Source of the DNA: Tortispora ganteri
Taxonomy: Eukaryota
Reading direction: 5' to 3'
DNA: 64,000 nucleotides
Assembly: GCA_003707115.1 (NCBI GenBank)
Contig: PPNB01000012.1
Coordinates: 1 to 64,000, forward strand
The notes beneath the pieces are model-generated. The model was not told the DNA's origin, did no database searches, and worked only from the letters and a program-made list of their open reading frames with translations. The translations under genes and the position numbers were made by a program. Positions 13,491 through 24,353 of the stretch are shown piece by piece. The first letter of the stretch is position 1, and the number at the start of each line of letters is the position of its first letter.

Positions 13491-14159
13491 CCGTCAATAC
13501 TACGCATTTAACCGACTTCATTCGGTATTTGCAATCTTCACTTGTCTTTGTTTTCGTTCAATACATGAATATAACTTAGTTGTTAGAAGTTTGGTAGCTG
13601 GAATCTAATAATATTCCCTGTGTGGATTTGCTTGTCGTGTTGTTCTTCACACTAACTTATTAGCTTCGCGCGTTTGTAACCCAATCAGTCTCTTGACTGA
13701 CTTGTTTGGATCGTGAAGACCAAAATCAGATTGTGACCGTGCGTGACACCAATGTAATTATAGTCTAATAGCAATGCACCGCTTTCCAATTTGATATGCT
13801 ATACAGCGCGAAGATAGCAAACGCCTATTTCTCCTCAACAAGACGCAAGTTTCTCGCGGCCTGCGCATTTCAGATTTAGGGAGGCCCGACTGTCAAATGA
13901 TAGCACACCTTGCCTTTAGCAAATCACACTTTTATCTGAGACGCGTCAAAATTTATTATCTTGTGATAGCCGACAGGCAGGCACAACAGTAACAACTGGT
14001 ACCTCGATGTGCACGCTTTCAGTATGCAGCGATTCGTCGACGTTTGCCACATCTACAGCTGCAGGTACTGTTTCAGTTGATTTCCAATCGATAGCGACTC
14101 TGACAACCCTATTCGAGTACTGAATGCCAACAATTAAATGTTCCTAATTATTTTCAAAT

Positions 14160-14470
14160 TGCCCACTAGCACAGTAGGGTAATTAGCCCACCGATTATAG
14201 CGATCGGAGAGGGGTATCCGGATGAATTTGCCAGCCCTATTATCATCTCTATCCATACAGATGGACACTGACGGTAGAATAGAGTGATAGGGGACGGTTT
14301 TTGGGTCACATGATAAACGTAAACGGATCTCAGAAAGTGGGTGCTGATAGATAAGAAAGGTGGGTCGATAGCGCGGAGTGGGATGCTGATTATCCCACCT
14401 ATCAGTTGGCGAAGTTGGGAGAGAGCTTCTGTATGGCTGCAACGAATGCAGCATGGTACCTGCTCCCACT
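14160..14470. promoter_or_regulatory. Cluster of GTGGG/CCCAC motifs and GATAA sites upstream of the lactonase
   Basis: GTGGG/CCCAC at 14162, 14187, 14337, 14360, 14378, 14394, 14465. GATAA/TTATC at 14240, 14312, 14350, 14390. Confidence 0.55.
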
Positions 14471-14564
14471 CGCGGAAAGCCAGGCGGTTTCTATTAGGCC
14501 TTTCAGAGTTTTATATTTATGAGCGACTAATTCCCTCTTTGTCTTTCTCTTAACGCTACGTAAA

Positions 14565-15572
14565 ATGACAATCGATAAAGAAACCAAGCCGTGGTACGTT
14601 CTCGACAGACCTATGGTGCTCGGAGAAGGCCCTATATACCGGGAATCCGACCATACTTTGCATTATGTAGACTGTTTACATCAGCCTCCTCAGCTGCATA
14701 TATTGTCCTTAACTCCCGAAGGTGATGCTGTGCATCCCTCTACCGATCTGGCTAGCGCTTCTACTGAGAAAGTCAATGCGGACAAGCCTGGCCTTAGAGT
14801 GCTGAACCTAGAGGATTCAGTGACCGTCATGTTCTTCCGTAAGAACGTGCCAAAATCATATATTTGCCTGTATTATCAAGGTCTGGCCTTTTTAGATGAA
14901 GAAACGGGCAAGCTCGATGTCATCAAGGAAATCATTCCCACTAACGAGCGCCACATCAGGCGTTTTAACGACGGCGGTGTAGACGCCAAAGGTCGCATGT
15001 GGGCTGCCGAGATTGACGTGTACGCACTCGCTACCGGTCCTCATAATATAGACCCCAAAGAGCATCCAGAACTCCTCGGCAGACTCTGGTGTTATGACCC
15101 CAAGGACAGCAGCCTCAAGCTTATGGAGACTGGACTAGCTTGCGGAAATGGCCTCGCCTGGAGCCCAGACAACAAAGTCATGTACTTGAACGATTCTGCT
15201 AGCCAGAAGATATATTCTTACGACTTTGATTTGGAGACCGGTGCTATTAGCAACAAGAAGCTATTCTACGATGCTCGCGGAACCTCTGATGAGCCAGATG
15301 GTATGGTCGTAGACACTGAAGGCAACCTCTGGATCGCAATGTTCGGTGGAAGCAATATTTCTGTTATTAATCCCAAGGGTGAGCGCATTCGGGTTATAGA
15401 GATGCCTGCAAGAAACATGGCATGCACTACTTGGGGTGGACCAGGAAATCACATTCTTTACTCCGTTTCAGCGGTTGATAAGCTTCACCGCGACCCCAAT
15501 GACCAAGGTGGCCATCTGTTTAGAACTATTGTCGACGCAGAAGGAGTTACTAAGAATGAATACGACGGTTAG
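14565..15572 (+). CDS. SMP-30/gluconolactonase/regucalcin family lactonase
   Basis: LGEGP, RFNDGGVD, NGLAWSPD and PDGMVVD motifs; 335 aa. Confidence 0.9.
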   Translation: MTIDKETKPWYVLDRPMVLGEGPIYRESDHTLHYVDCLHQPPQLHILSLTPEGDAVHPSTDLASASTEKVNADKPGLRVLNLEDSVTVMFFRKNVPKSYICLYYQGLAFLDEETGKLDVIKEIIPTNERHIRRFNDGGVDAKGRMWAAEIDVYALATGPHNIDPKEHPELLGRLWCYDPKDSSLKLMETGLACGNGLAWSPDNKVMYLNDSASQKIYSYDFDLETGAISNKKLFYDARGTSDEPDGMVVDTEGNLWIAMFGGSNISVINPKGERIRVIEMPARNMACTTWGGPGNHILYSVSAVDKLHRDPNDQGGHLFRTIVDAEGVTKNEYDG

Positions 15573-16056
15573 CGTTTACAGTACAATGCTACACTATACT
15601 GTTCAATTGTATACTATACATGATTCGACTTTCAGCGATCGAGCTATAGTTTTCCAAATATGACAGTTATAGTTAATATATCACATATATGCAATATTTA
15701 AGTAAAAATTCTTACAATTTAGTACACTCCGCTATTTTTATGACCTGAAGTCTGTCGTATGACAATCTGACTCGTGTTATTATAGTTACCCTGCTTTACG
15801 GACACGTCTGAGTTTCTTAACTTGCCTCCACATCTGCCGTAATTCTTTGACCAGATCATTAGTTTACAACTGTTTAAGTCGACTAAGAACGTCATTTGCG
15901 TTATAATCCGCGGGCACACTTATCTAGAACGCAATAATAAGCTTGTATATACGTTGATTTCACCGGCTCCGGTCCACGGAGGTCAAATTCTTTTTTTTTT
16001 CTACCCGCCCTACCGACATTTCATCCTATTGTCACGGATGCTTTTTGCCGATCTAC

Positions 16057-18504
16057 ATGACAAATACGAGTTCTATCATGCAAACATCAGATAGTAGATT
16101 TTATTGTCACGTACCCGGTTGCCAGAAATCATTTGCTAGACGGGAGCATCTTAGGCGACATGCTCTTTGTCACGACCCACAGAACCAGTTATTCTGTGCG
16201 ATATGCGGCAAAAGGTTCTACCGGATGGACTTGAAGAGAAAGCACGAACGTAATCTTCACAACTACATATCCGATGAGCCTTTAAAGGCTCGAAAGAAAC
16301 GCTTATCACATCCCGAATCACTCGCAAATATACCGACATTGTTAAAAGTGACCAATAACCACAGCAGGTCGACTAGTCTTGAGACTCCAAAGGCCAGCGG
16401 CCATATTCCCTCTACAGATGCTAAACAGTTCCAAAAATCCGAGGAATCATCAACCATATCTGCTTCAGAGCCCGGATTAGCCTGCCTGACGTCTAATGTG
16501 CCTCAAACAACCATTCAGAACCGAAACTCGCAACAAAACCGCACCGTACACAGTCGAATACCCAATGAAATAGACACTATGGGTCTTTACGGAAAACCTT
16601 TTGGAGATTCATTTGGAGATCCCCATGCTATATCAGTTCTAGGTGAGTCACTACTAGAAGGCATATCCTTCGATGATAGCATAAGCTGGCTCTTCCAAAA
16701 CGAGGTAGATGATTCTCAGAGCTCTCGAAGCTCTGGCAGCAATGGCTCCACTCACACAATAAAACCAAGTGGAACAGATTACCCCCAGTATTCTCCCGAT
16801 ATTGACTTAACTAGAATTGAGACTCCGCGCGAGGCTCCAAATTCTGCGGATCTAGAAAACCAATGGATAAGCGTGTCTGAAAAAATTATTAAATGCTTGT
16901 TTGGAATTGATGCACAGGCCGGTGGCTCTCCGCTAGAAAGTCTAACTCTCTCTAATATATACTCAGATAATTTACTCAGAACGGACTTTTTTAACCCTGA
17001 AGTTTTGAGGCGGCACTTCGAGTTGTACTTTCAGAACTATCATGATCATTTTCCTATAGTTCATCAGCCATCCTTTCGAAAGCACCCTGAAGAAGTACAA
17101 CCATTGCTAATGGTTAGCATTATTACACTTGGTACTTCTTTCTCTCAAGACTATTTTAAGATATCTGTGGAGTTGCATGGTAGACTGCGTTTTCTAGTCT
17201 TAAGTCATCCGAAACTTACTCATCCGCCTTTATGGATTTTGCAATCCTTGCTGCTTATCCAAGCATTTGAGAAGATGCTTGGCCCGAGAGAGTTACATGA
17301 GCTTAGTACTACGTTTCATGGAGCTGTTGTGTCGGTATTACGTCGTGGACAACTGTCTGTTATGGAGCCTGAAACGATTGTTAGTCTTGATTTGGATACC
17401 ATCTGGAAAAAATGGATTGAAATAGAATCTACAAAGCGCGTTGTTTGCTTAGCGTTTATAATGGATGCTCAACATTCCGTACTATTCGGGCATAGGCCAA
17501 GCATGTCGGCCAATGAAGTTCAGGTGACACTGCCTTGCGCTGAGTATGTCTGGGAATACGAGACTGCCCACGAATGGTGGACAATGTTTGGCCAAGAAAA
17601 TACCTTTCAGAAGGCAGAACCGCTATTTCTGCACGCGTTGAAGTCTTTGTTGCAAAGAAGACCACTTAGCGCCAGTACTTCGGCGTTTAGCCGCCTCGTT
17701 CTTTTGCACGGCTTGTTCAGCGTTGCTTGGCAAGTACAGGAATACGATGCAGCCTCGCTAGGTATGAGTGAAATGACACATTCTAGTAGAGAAATGTGGA
17801 AAGACACCTTGTTAAGAGCCATTGATACCTGGTCATATAGCTTATTTGGTGGGCAGTCTCTTGGACTAGAAGTGTGCAAGGCTCTTTACCGAATATCTTA
17901 TGTTGCTTTGCATTTAACACGCACCAGTGTTATAGATATTCTTGTGTTTGCTGGGTACCCATCATTAGATGGCAGGCCGTTATGGAGACGAGATTATTTA
18001 CGCGCCAGTACCACGATCAAGGCTTGGGCTAGCAATAAGATAGAGGCGTTGAATTGCGTTCGACATTCACTACTTTTTATTCAGGAGACGATGTTTAGTA
18101 GTGGCCCCCTTCATTCTGAGGTGAATGGCTATCACACTGTGACCCAGTATTCCGCTGCCTCGGATAAAGTTGCATTACGTCCGTGGTGCCTGTTCCTCTG
18201 CCTATTATGCGTTTTGGCATATTGCGCCGCGAATGAAGGTAACATTGAGTTTGATGAGCCTCTGCGGAACTCATGGGTTGCAGGAGAAGAATACTCCTTA
18301 TATACTATTCAGAAGATTACACAATGGTTGGACTCTGATCGGGAGTCGGACATCAAGATCTGCGACCCGGACTTGCTGCAAGGGCTTTGCATTGCTGTGG
18401 TAGAGGCGTTAACCGGTACTAGATGGGAGCTATTAGAGGTCGCTGCTAACTGTGTGGACAGTTTAATTAGTAGTTGTCGACGCCGAAAGGTTAATGCAAC
18501 TTAG
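16057..18504 (+). CDS. Transcription factor with two C2H2 zinc fingers and a fungal-specific TF (Fungal_trans) domain
   Basis: CHVPGCQKSFARREHLRRHALCH and CAICGKRFYRMDLKRKHERNLH; LYFQNYHDHFPIVHQPSF and WKKWIEIESTKR motifs. First ATG at 16057. Confidence 0.9.
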   Translation: MTNTSSIMQTSDSRFYCHVPGCQKSFARREHLRRHALCHDPQNQLFCAICGKRFYRMDLKRKHERNLHNYISDEPLKARKKRLSHPESLANIPTLLKVTNNHSRSTSLETPKASGHIPSTDAKQFQKSEESSTISASEPGLACLTSNVPQTTIQNRNSQQNRTVHSRIPNEIDTMGLYGKPFGDSFGDPHAISVLGESLLEGISFDDSISWLFQNEVDDSQSSRSSGSNGSTHTIKPSGTDYPQYSPDIDLTRIETPREAPNSADLENQWISVSEKIIKCLFGIDAQAGGSPLESLTLSNIYSDNLLRTDFFNPEVLRRHFELYFQNYHDHFPIVHQPSFRKHPEEVQPLLMVSIITLGTSFSQDYFKISVELHGRLRFLVLSHPKLTHPPLWILQSLLLIQAFEKMLGPRELHELSTTFHGAVVSVLRRGQLSVMEPETIVSLDLDTIWKKWIEIESTKRVVCLAFIMDAQHSVLFGHRPSMSANEVQVTLPCAEYVWEYETAHEWWTMFGQENTFQKAEPLFLHALKSLLQRRPLSASTSAFSRLVLLHGLFSVAWQVQEYDAASLGMSEMTHSSREMWKDTLLRAIDTWSYSLFGGQSLGLEVCKALYRISYVALHLTRTSVIDILVFAGYPSLDGRPLWRRDYLRASTTIKAWASNKIEALNCVRHSLLFIQETMFSSGPLHSEVNGYHTVTQYSAASDKVALRPWCLFLCLLCVLAYCAANEGNIEFDEPLRNSWVAGEEYSLYTIQKITQWLDSDRESDIKICDPDLLQGLCIAVVEALTGTRWELLEVAANCVDSLISSCRRRKVNAT

Positions 18505-18693
18505 ATTTGCCTTTGTATTATTTATTCCGCGAGATATTAGCTTGAGTTGGAGACAATGGCGGTGTTGACAGAGGATTATGTGCAATATTTATTACAAATT
18601 ACTACTGAAGTATATGTATGGAGACGGTTGAACATTGAATAAGACGATTCATGCCAATAAGTGAAAGTGCTTAGCCGATCGATTACAAAAAAT

Positions 18694-19083
18694 TTAATCC
18701 TTCAAGGCAGCTGTGAGCTCAATTTCGACGTCGGTTCTTAGGGGCAAGTTTTTAACAGCTACGCAAGTCCTGGCGGGTTTGGGTTCGCCGAAGAACTCAC
18801 CATAGACCTCATTGACTTGAGCGAAGTTGTCAATGTCGTCGAGGTACACGTTGACCTTGAGGACATGATCCATGTCGCTGCCAGCGGCTTCAAGAACCGC
18901 AGAGAGATTCTTAAGGCATTGCCTAGCGCGGTCGGCAACAGTTCCGCTAACGATTTCGCGAGTGACAGGGTCGGCACCGGTCTGTCCAGAACAGTAGACA
19001 GTGTTTCCGTGCACAATAGCTTGGGAAAGCACAGGGATAGGGGCAGGAGCCTTATCGGTGAGAATAGCGCTTCTGGGAGACAT
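18694..19083 (-). CDS. RidA/YjgF/YER057c family imine/enamine deaminase
   Basis: APAPIPVLSQAI, VYCSGQ, KVNVYL, FAQVNEVYGEFF, PARTCVAV, DVEIE. ATG at 19083, TATAAAT ~50 nt upstream. Confidence 0.92.
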   Translation of the reverse strand: MSPRSAILTDKAPAPIPVLSQAIVHGNTVYCSGQTGADPVTREIVSGTVADRARQCLKNLSAVLEAAGSDMDHVLKVNVYLDDIDNFAQVNEVYGEFFGEPKPARTCVAVKNLPLRTDVEIELTAALKD

Positions 19084-19470
19084 ACTAACAGGTAAATCAG
19101 ATACAACCTTCGAGGCACGTCTGTGAGTATTTATAGCACCCTCGGAGTTCAGAATATTTGCAAAACAGCCATAAATGAAGGTAAGGGTTATATTCACAGA
19201 ACTTACAGTAATGCTGCTGCCTCTAATAATGGGGTCAAAAGGGCATGCTTCTGTTTTATTGGGTAGTTTGGTGGGATGTTAGTAAGGCTCCCCGGTCTGG
19301 GACGCCCACCTGTCATCTTACCTCCCACCACGGCCCGTCTACCGAATGGTCCGTGGGCCGTCTTATTGGGTTAGAATCTGCTTTTAGGCAGCGAGGCACT
19401 GAACTAAGGTGATATAAAAGAGCGAGACGATTTAATCTCTTCCTCCCTGCATCAAACAACGTCAAATATC

Positions 19471-20472
19471 ATGCCTTCCCCGCCATACCCTTTATCTCCC
19501 GAGATCATTCCTCTGCTCGACAAGCAGTACGAAGCCTTCTACAATAAGTACATTATCAACCAGCAACAGGTGCACTACCAACCTGTTGAGGCTTCTCGTA
19601 CGTCTGGAACGCTGATTCCTGGTGCGTCAGAGCCGCTAGAGGTTGCGTCTATCAAGGACTATTCCATTGAGCGCACCGAGACCGAAGGTCCTCCCGTCAC
19701 AGTTCGTGTGTTTACTCCTAAGGGAGACGCGCCCGAGGGTGGATGGCCTATTTTCCTATACATGCACGGTGGAGGATGGGTACTCGGAAACATTAACACC
19801 GAGAACGTTCATTGCACCTACTGGGCCAACAAAGGAGGATGCATCACTGTATCTGTAGACTACAGACTCGCTCCGGAGCACCCCTACCCGGCTGCCGTAG
19901 AGGACACCTGGGAGGCCTACAAATGGATTCTCGCTAATGGAAAGTCATTAGGTGGAAATGTCGACAAGATTGCCGCCGGAGGAAGTTCTGCAGGTGGAAA
20001 CTTGACAGCTGTGCTTACCCAGATGGTTGCCGAACGGTCTCTGGGCAAGATCATGTTCCAGGTGCTCATTGTGCCTGTTACCGACAACACTGCAGACGAG
20101 AGATACGAAAGCTGGAAAAAGTTTGGTGAGATAACACCGGCCCTACCTGCACCTAAAATGATCTGGTATCGTGTTCGTTATCTTCCTGACGAGGCTACTC
20201 GCACTGAGCCACATGCCTCTCCTATTTTTGGATCGGATGATATTTTAGCCCAGTGCCCTCCTGCCTTTTGTGCGTATGCCGGACTAGACGTGCTACGTTC
20301 CGAGGGTGAAGCATATGCTGCTAAGCTCCGCAAGGTCGGCGTACACACCGAGGAAAAGGTGTACGAAGGAGTTCCACACGTAGTTATGGCTATGAACGGT
20401 GTCCTTGATAAAGGCCAAGAGCTTGTTGATGACGTCTGTGCTAAATTGCACCAAGCATTCTATGGCGCCTAA
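19471..20472 (+). CDS. Alpha/beta hydrolase, HSL-like (Abhydrolase_3) esterase/lipase
   Basis: HGGGW oxyanion motif, YRLAPEHPYPAA, GSSAGG nucleophile, DVLRSEG Asp, GVPH His. Confidence 0.92.
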   Translation: MPSPPYPLSPEIIPLLDKQYEAFYNKYIINQQQVHYQPVEASRTSGTLIPGASEPLEVASIKDYSIERTETEGPPVTVRVFTPKGDAPEGGWPIFLYMHGGGWVLGNINTENVHCTYWANKGGCITVSVDYRLAPEHPYPAAVEDTWEAYKWILANGKSLGGNVDKIAAGGSSAGGNLTAVLTQMVAERSLGKIMFQVLIVPVTDNTADERYESWKKFGEITPALPAPKMIWYRVRYLPDEATRTEPHASPIFGSDDILAQCPPAFCAYAGLDVLRSEGEAYAAKLRKVGVHTEEKVYEGVPHVVMAMNGVLDKGQELVDDVCAKLHQAFYGA

Positions 20473-20589
20473 TAAACTAACAACAATTTACTGATTAGTT
20501 TAGTAGCGCCCAGTAAATATAGATGAATAGAACGACAGTGCCTACATTAAAGACGTATTGTACTCATTGTGCCTGAAGCCGCTGGGGAG

Positions 20590-21210
20590 TTACCCCCACC
20601 ACATTTAGACAGCCAAAACATCATAGCTTGTGGTTTCATAAAAAACTTAAAATCTCCCATTAGATAATATGACGTTCGCTAGTTAATTAAAGCTGTACGA
20701 TTCGCTATACTGTCTCTGTATTTGTGAGTCCTGCGAGCGCAAATTGCGCCTGTCATTTTACAGAGCATAGGATCACTGATTCGACAGCTTCTCCTTATCA
20801 AACCCACTCTGGTCCCCAAATAACAGATAAGATAGCACGGTTGCATGCGTGTTTATTTTGAGTGATTATACACGGAGCTGTTATCAATGGTCTATCTGCA
20901 ATAGCGATAATATTGAGCAATACGAAGGGCTCGAGTTTAATGAGCTCCCACCTAAGGTGGGATAACTTTAAATACTGATAATTGCTACTATTGGATGACC
21001 GGCTAGGTAGGTGGGATGATCACCCTTCACATCCCGCCCAAATCATTGTGTCACACTTTTCACCGCACTTCTTTCCAATAAGTCTAAGGTGCCATGCTCC
21101 TAAATCAAAGACATCACTTAGATTTTTCATAATTATCTGTTTATTAGGTGGGCGCACTTTATTGCGATCTGCACTCGCTCACTATCGGTAATTTGTGTGG
21201 GATGATAAGA
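20590..21210. promoter_or_regulatory. GATA-rich promoter with repeated GTGGG(A) motif, including the palindrome TCCCACCT-A-AGGTGGGA (20946-20962)
   Basis: About 9 GATAA/TTATC (20663, 20795, 20826, 20881, 20906, 20961, 20977, 21133, 21204) and 7 GTGGG/CCCAC (20595, 20803, 20947, 20957, 21011, 21148, 21197). Confidence 0.6.
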
Positions 21211-21301
21211 CAGTCTTGCCTCGTTTTACCCCAGTCGTATCTTGTATATATATAATTTATTGTGCCCGTCAAGTGCAACACCAGCAGTACAGTTAATCAA
21301 A

Positions 21302-22915
21302 ATGGGGTTCAAGTCCTTCGTCAAGCGCTTTGAACTTCCCGCTACCCGTCTTCAAAATGAGGACTTGCTTCCCACGCCGCCCGAAAAGATGACATGGACT
21401 TGGTTCAACTTTTTCATGTACTGGTTTTCCGAATCTTGGGCCATCTCTACCTGGACGCTCGGAAGTTCTCTCATGACCACTGGTGGTATGAAGAGTTATG
21501 AGTGTATCATTTGTATCTTCTTTTCAAATCTCATCATTTCTTTGCTCGTCGTCTGCAACGGAAGAGCTTCTGCCATGTACCACATCGGTTTCCCTGTTCT
21601 TGGACGTGTGTCCTTTGGAATATACGGTACTTATTTCATCGTCATAATGCGTGCTATGCTTGGTATTATCTGGTGCTCTGTCCAAATGTTTTTCTTAGGT
21701 CAGTTCATCGCTGTTATCCTCCGCGTCATTTTCCCCAGTTTCCACACAATGCAAAATCACATCCCTCTCAGCCAGGACGTTACTGTCCAGGAAATCACTG
21801 GTTTCTTCATCGCTTTTGCCATCACGCTGCCGTTCATGTTCATCCCTCATTACAAGGTCAGACATCTTTTCTCCGTGAAAGGTGCCCTAGTACCGTTTGC
21901 GGGTCTTGGTCTAGTCATCTGGTCTTGCAAACTTAATGGTGGAGCTGGTTCTCCTGATGCCCTCGTGAACTGGACTATCCGAAACAGTGGAACTACCACT
22001 TTTGCCTTCTCTGTACTCGGTCAGATGAACAGTATCTTTGGTGCTTCTTCTGCTTTAGTCGTTACCGTTCCTGATTTGGCCCGTTACTCCAATAGACCTT
22101 GGGCTCAGCTCTGGGGCCAAATTCTCGCCCTTCCCGTTGCTCAGACAATTTGCGCAGCTTTCGGTATCATCACAACCTCTGCTCTATATGAATACTATGG
22201 CGAAGCATACTGGGACCCTTACACCATGTTCAATGGTATCCTTGATCACAGTTACACCCCTGCCTCTCGTGCTGGCATCTTTTTTGCTGCTTTTTTCTTT
22301 GCCTTTGCTACCCTTGGAACAAGTATTGCCTGCAACATTGTTCCTTTCGCTGCCGATGCTACATGTCTCTGGCCTAAATATATCAATATTATTAGAGGCC
22401 AGTTCATCTGCATTTTTATTTCCCTCGGAACTGTTCCGTGGAAAATCCTGCGTGATGCTACCACTTTCTTGAACTTCTTAGGAGGATACAGTATCTTCCA
22501 GGGACCTGTTGTTGGTATTTTCGTTATTGACTATATAATGCGCCGGGGCAATATTGATGTCAACCATCTATACCATACTCAATCTGACGGCCCCTACTGG
22601 TATAAGAAAGGAGTTAATTGGAGAGCCATCGCCGCTTTTTTTATTGGCTTCATACTTCCATTCCCAGGTTTCTGTGCTACTTTAGCCGAATCAACTGGTA
22701 TTGCGGTAGGTGGATTCAGATTATTCGATTTGGGATACCTTCTTTCCGTGGTAATGGGCGCACTGAGTTACTTTTGCGTGTCATACTATTTTAAGCTTCC
22801 TCAGGTAGATTTCACGGCTCCTATAGAAGTCAATGCCAAAATGGTTATGGATTTTTCATCGGAAGAGGATCCCGAGCGCGCGTCGCCGGCTGTTGATTCC
22901 AAACCCGAATTATGA
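21302..22915 (+). CDS. NCS1 family (Fur4/Dal4-like) nucleobase/allantoin/hydantoin permease
   Basis: NEDLLPTPPEKMTWTW, YHIGFPVLGRVSFGIYG, PDLARYS, PKYINIIRG, GVNWRA; about 12 hydrophobic segments. ATG at 21302. Confidence 0.92.
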   Translation: MGFKSFVKRFELPATRLQNEDLLPTPPEKMTWTWFNFFMYWFSESWAISTWTLGSSLMTTGGMKSYECIICIFFSNLIISLLVVCNGRASAMYHIGFPVLGRVSFGIYGTYFIVIMRAMLGIIWCSVQMFFLGQFIAVILRVIFPSFHTMQNHIPLSQDVTVQEITGFFIAFAITLPFMFIPHYKVRHLFSVKGALVPFAGLGLVIWSCKLNGGAGSPDALVNWTIRNSGTTTFAFSVLGQMNSIFGASSALVVTVPDLARYSNRPWAQLWGQILALPVAQTICAAFGIITTSALYEYYGEAYWDPYTMFNGILDHSYTPASRAGIFFAAFFFAFATLGTSIACNIVPFAADATCLWPKYINIIRGQFICIFISLGTVPWKILRDATTFLNFLGGYSIFQGPVVGIFVIDYIMRRGNIDVNHLYHTQSDGPYWYKKGVNWRAIAAFFIGFILPFPGFCATLAESTGIAVGGFRLFDLGYLLSVVMGALSYFCVSYYFKLPQVDFTAPIEVNAKMVMDFSSEEDPERASPAVDSKPEL

Positions 22916-23559
22916 AAATGCACCTGGATGTATAAAAGGTAGTAAATTCGTTGTTATGTATTCTTTGTTTTTGAGTCTTCTCTTTAGATGTAGATGCTAT
23001 TTTTCAATAACGACTTATTTTCTTGTTTCTGCTACATGCAACCTGCAGGTAGTTTACCAACTTTCTGATCATATGCAAACAACTTAATTGTTTGTTATTG
23101 GCTGCTGGTGGGTAGATCCATATAACTTAATGCGGAGTAAAGCTATACTGTTAGCTTAGAATCTAAGAAAACTGAGTATACCCGCGTTCCATAATTCATG
23201 GTTTCAGCTTTTAACAAGTACACCCAATCCAGCGCAGAAATTTCGAAATACGCAACCAGTTGACACAACGGGAAAAGCAATGCCGAAAACTAGGTAGTAA
23301 ATTTCTTTTCCTCAACAAGTCCGTTTATTTGTCTTATAGGGAGTTCTCTACTAGAGTTTGAAAGAAGTTTCACCCAGATGTGGGGGTAAAACAATGTTTC
23401 TTTGCATCAAGCTGCTCAAAGCAGCGACTCCGTGCTGCATCATATATATATTTTATATAGGTCAGCGGAATGAATTTTAGCAGATTGTTTTAAAATTCGT
23501 ACCGAGGCGCCTTGGCGGTGGTAATATCCTGTGGCTCAAAATCGAGATGTGCGACAGCT

Positions 23560-24353
23560 TCTATGCTGTCGGTACATGATGCTAAGAGAAACGGCATCGG
23601 GTTTCTAGGGCTGCATACTACCAACACTGTCAATAAAAATTCACTAGAGATATTGAACAACGTTATCACTAAATGAAGCCAAACAATAAAAGTTCTGTAT
23701 AATACAAGCTGTGCGTACCAATTGGTTTGGCAATGTTAATGTATTGTCTGAACTTCTTCATATTGCACTTAATTTGTTAGGCTGGGCAGGCGCAGGAGAG
23801 CACAAAGCAGCTGTGGTGAGCATTTATCCAGACGTTAATTCGAGGTAACAGATGTTCATACCCGGAAACTCGTTAGTGTTTATTCTCTGATGTTGAAAGT
23901 CTGTGCTTGATATCATTGTCCACCAATGCTAATACCTGGTTCGGTGCTAAAGCTGCCTATTTAGCGACGGGAAACGCCATTAAAGGAGAAAAAATAGCGG
24001 GGTAGATTGTCACTTGCGGAATATTCTTCATTCCAGGGAGCATTGTATCGCTGGTTCTGGCGACTGCAGCAGGTATGGTCAATGTCCGTTTGTGCTTATT
24101 CTTGTTTCTGGTGTCCCTCACTTTTGCATTATATCTTTTTACAGAACAAGCGGTGATGCAACAGAATTGGCTCACTTAACGATAATAGCACGGACAATAG
24201 CGTTTGCAGCATCGTATATGACACTGTATTGGTCTGTGATAAGTGTCATGATATCAGTAGGTATCTCCTCTAAAGCTTTCCCCATTGACCATATCATGGC
24301 CTACTAGTGCGAAAGCAGAAGCACGTAGAGCGATATAGAGAATCGTGTCATAA
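23560..24353 (+). pseudogene. GPR1/FUN34/YaaH (AlcS-type) transporter pseudogene
   Basis: Fragments KPNNKSSV*YKLCVPIGLAMLMYCLNF, IPWFGAKAAY-like, YWSVISVMISVGIS and DIEN match the two intact downstream paralogs; many stops and frameshifts. Confidence 0.8.

Noticed and set aside
18694..22915. Calling module A a fungal Rut pyrimidine pathway
   Set aside because: No RutA or RutB homologs here; the hydrolase is HSL-type rather than RutD-like and the permease is NCS1 rather than NCS2. Analogy only.
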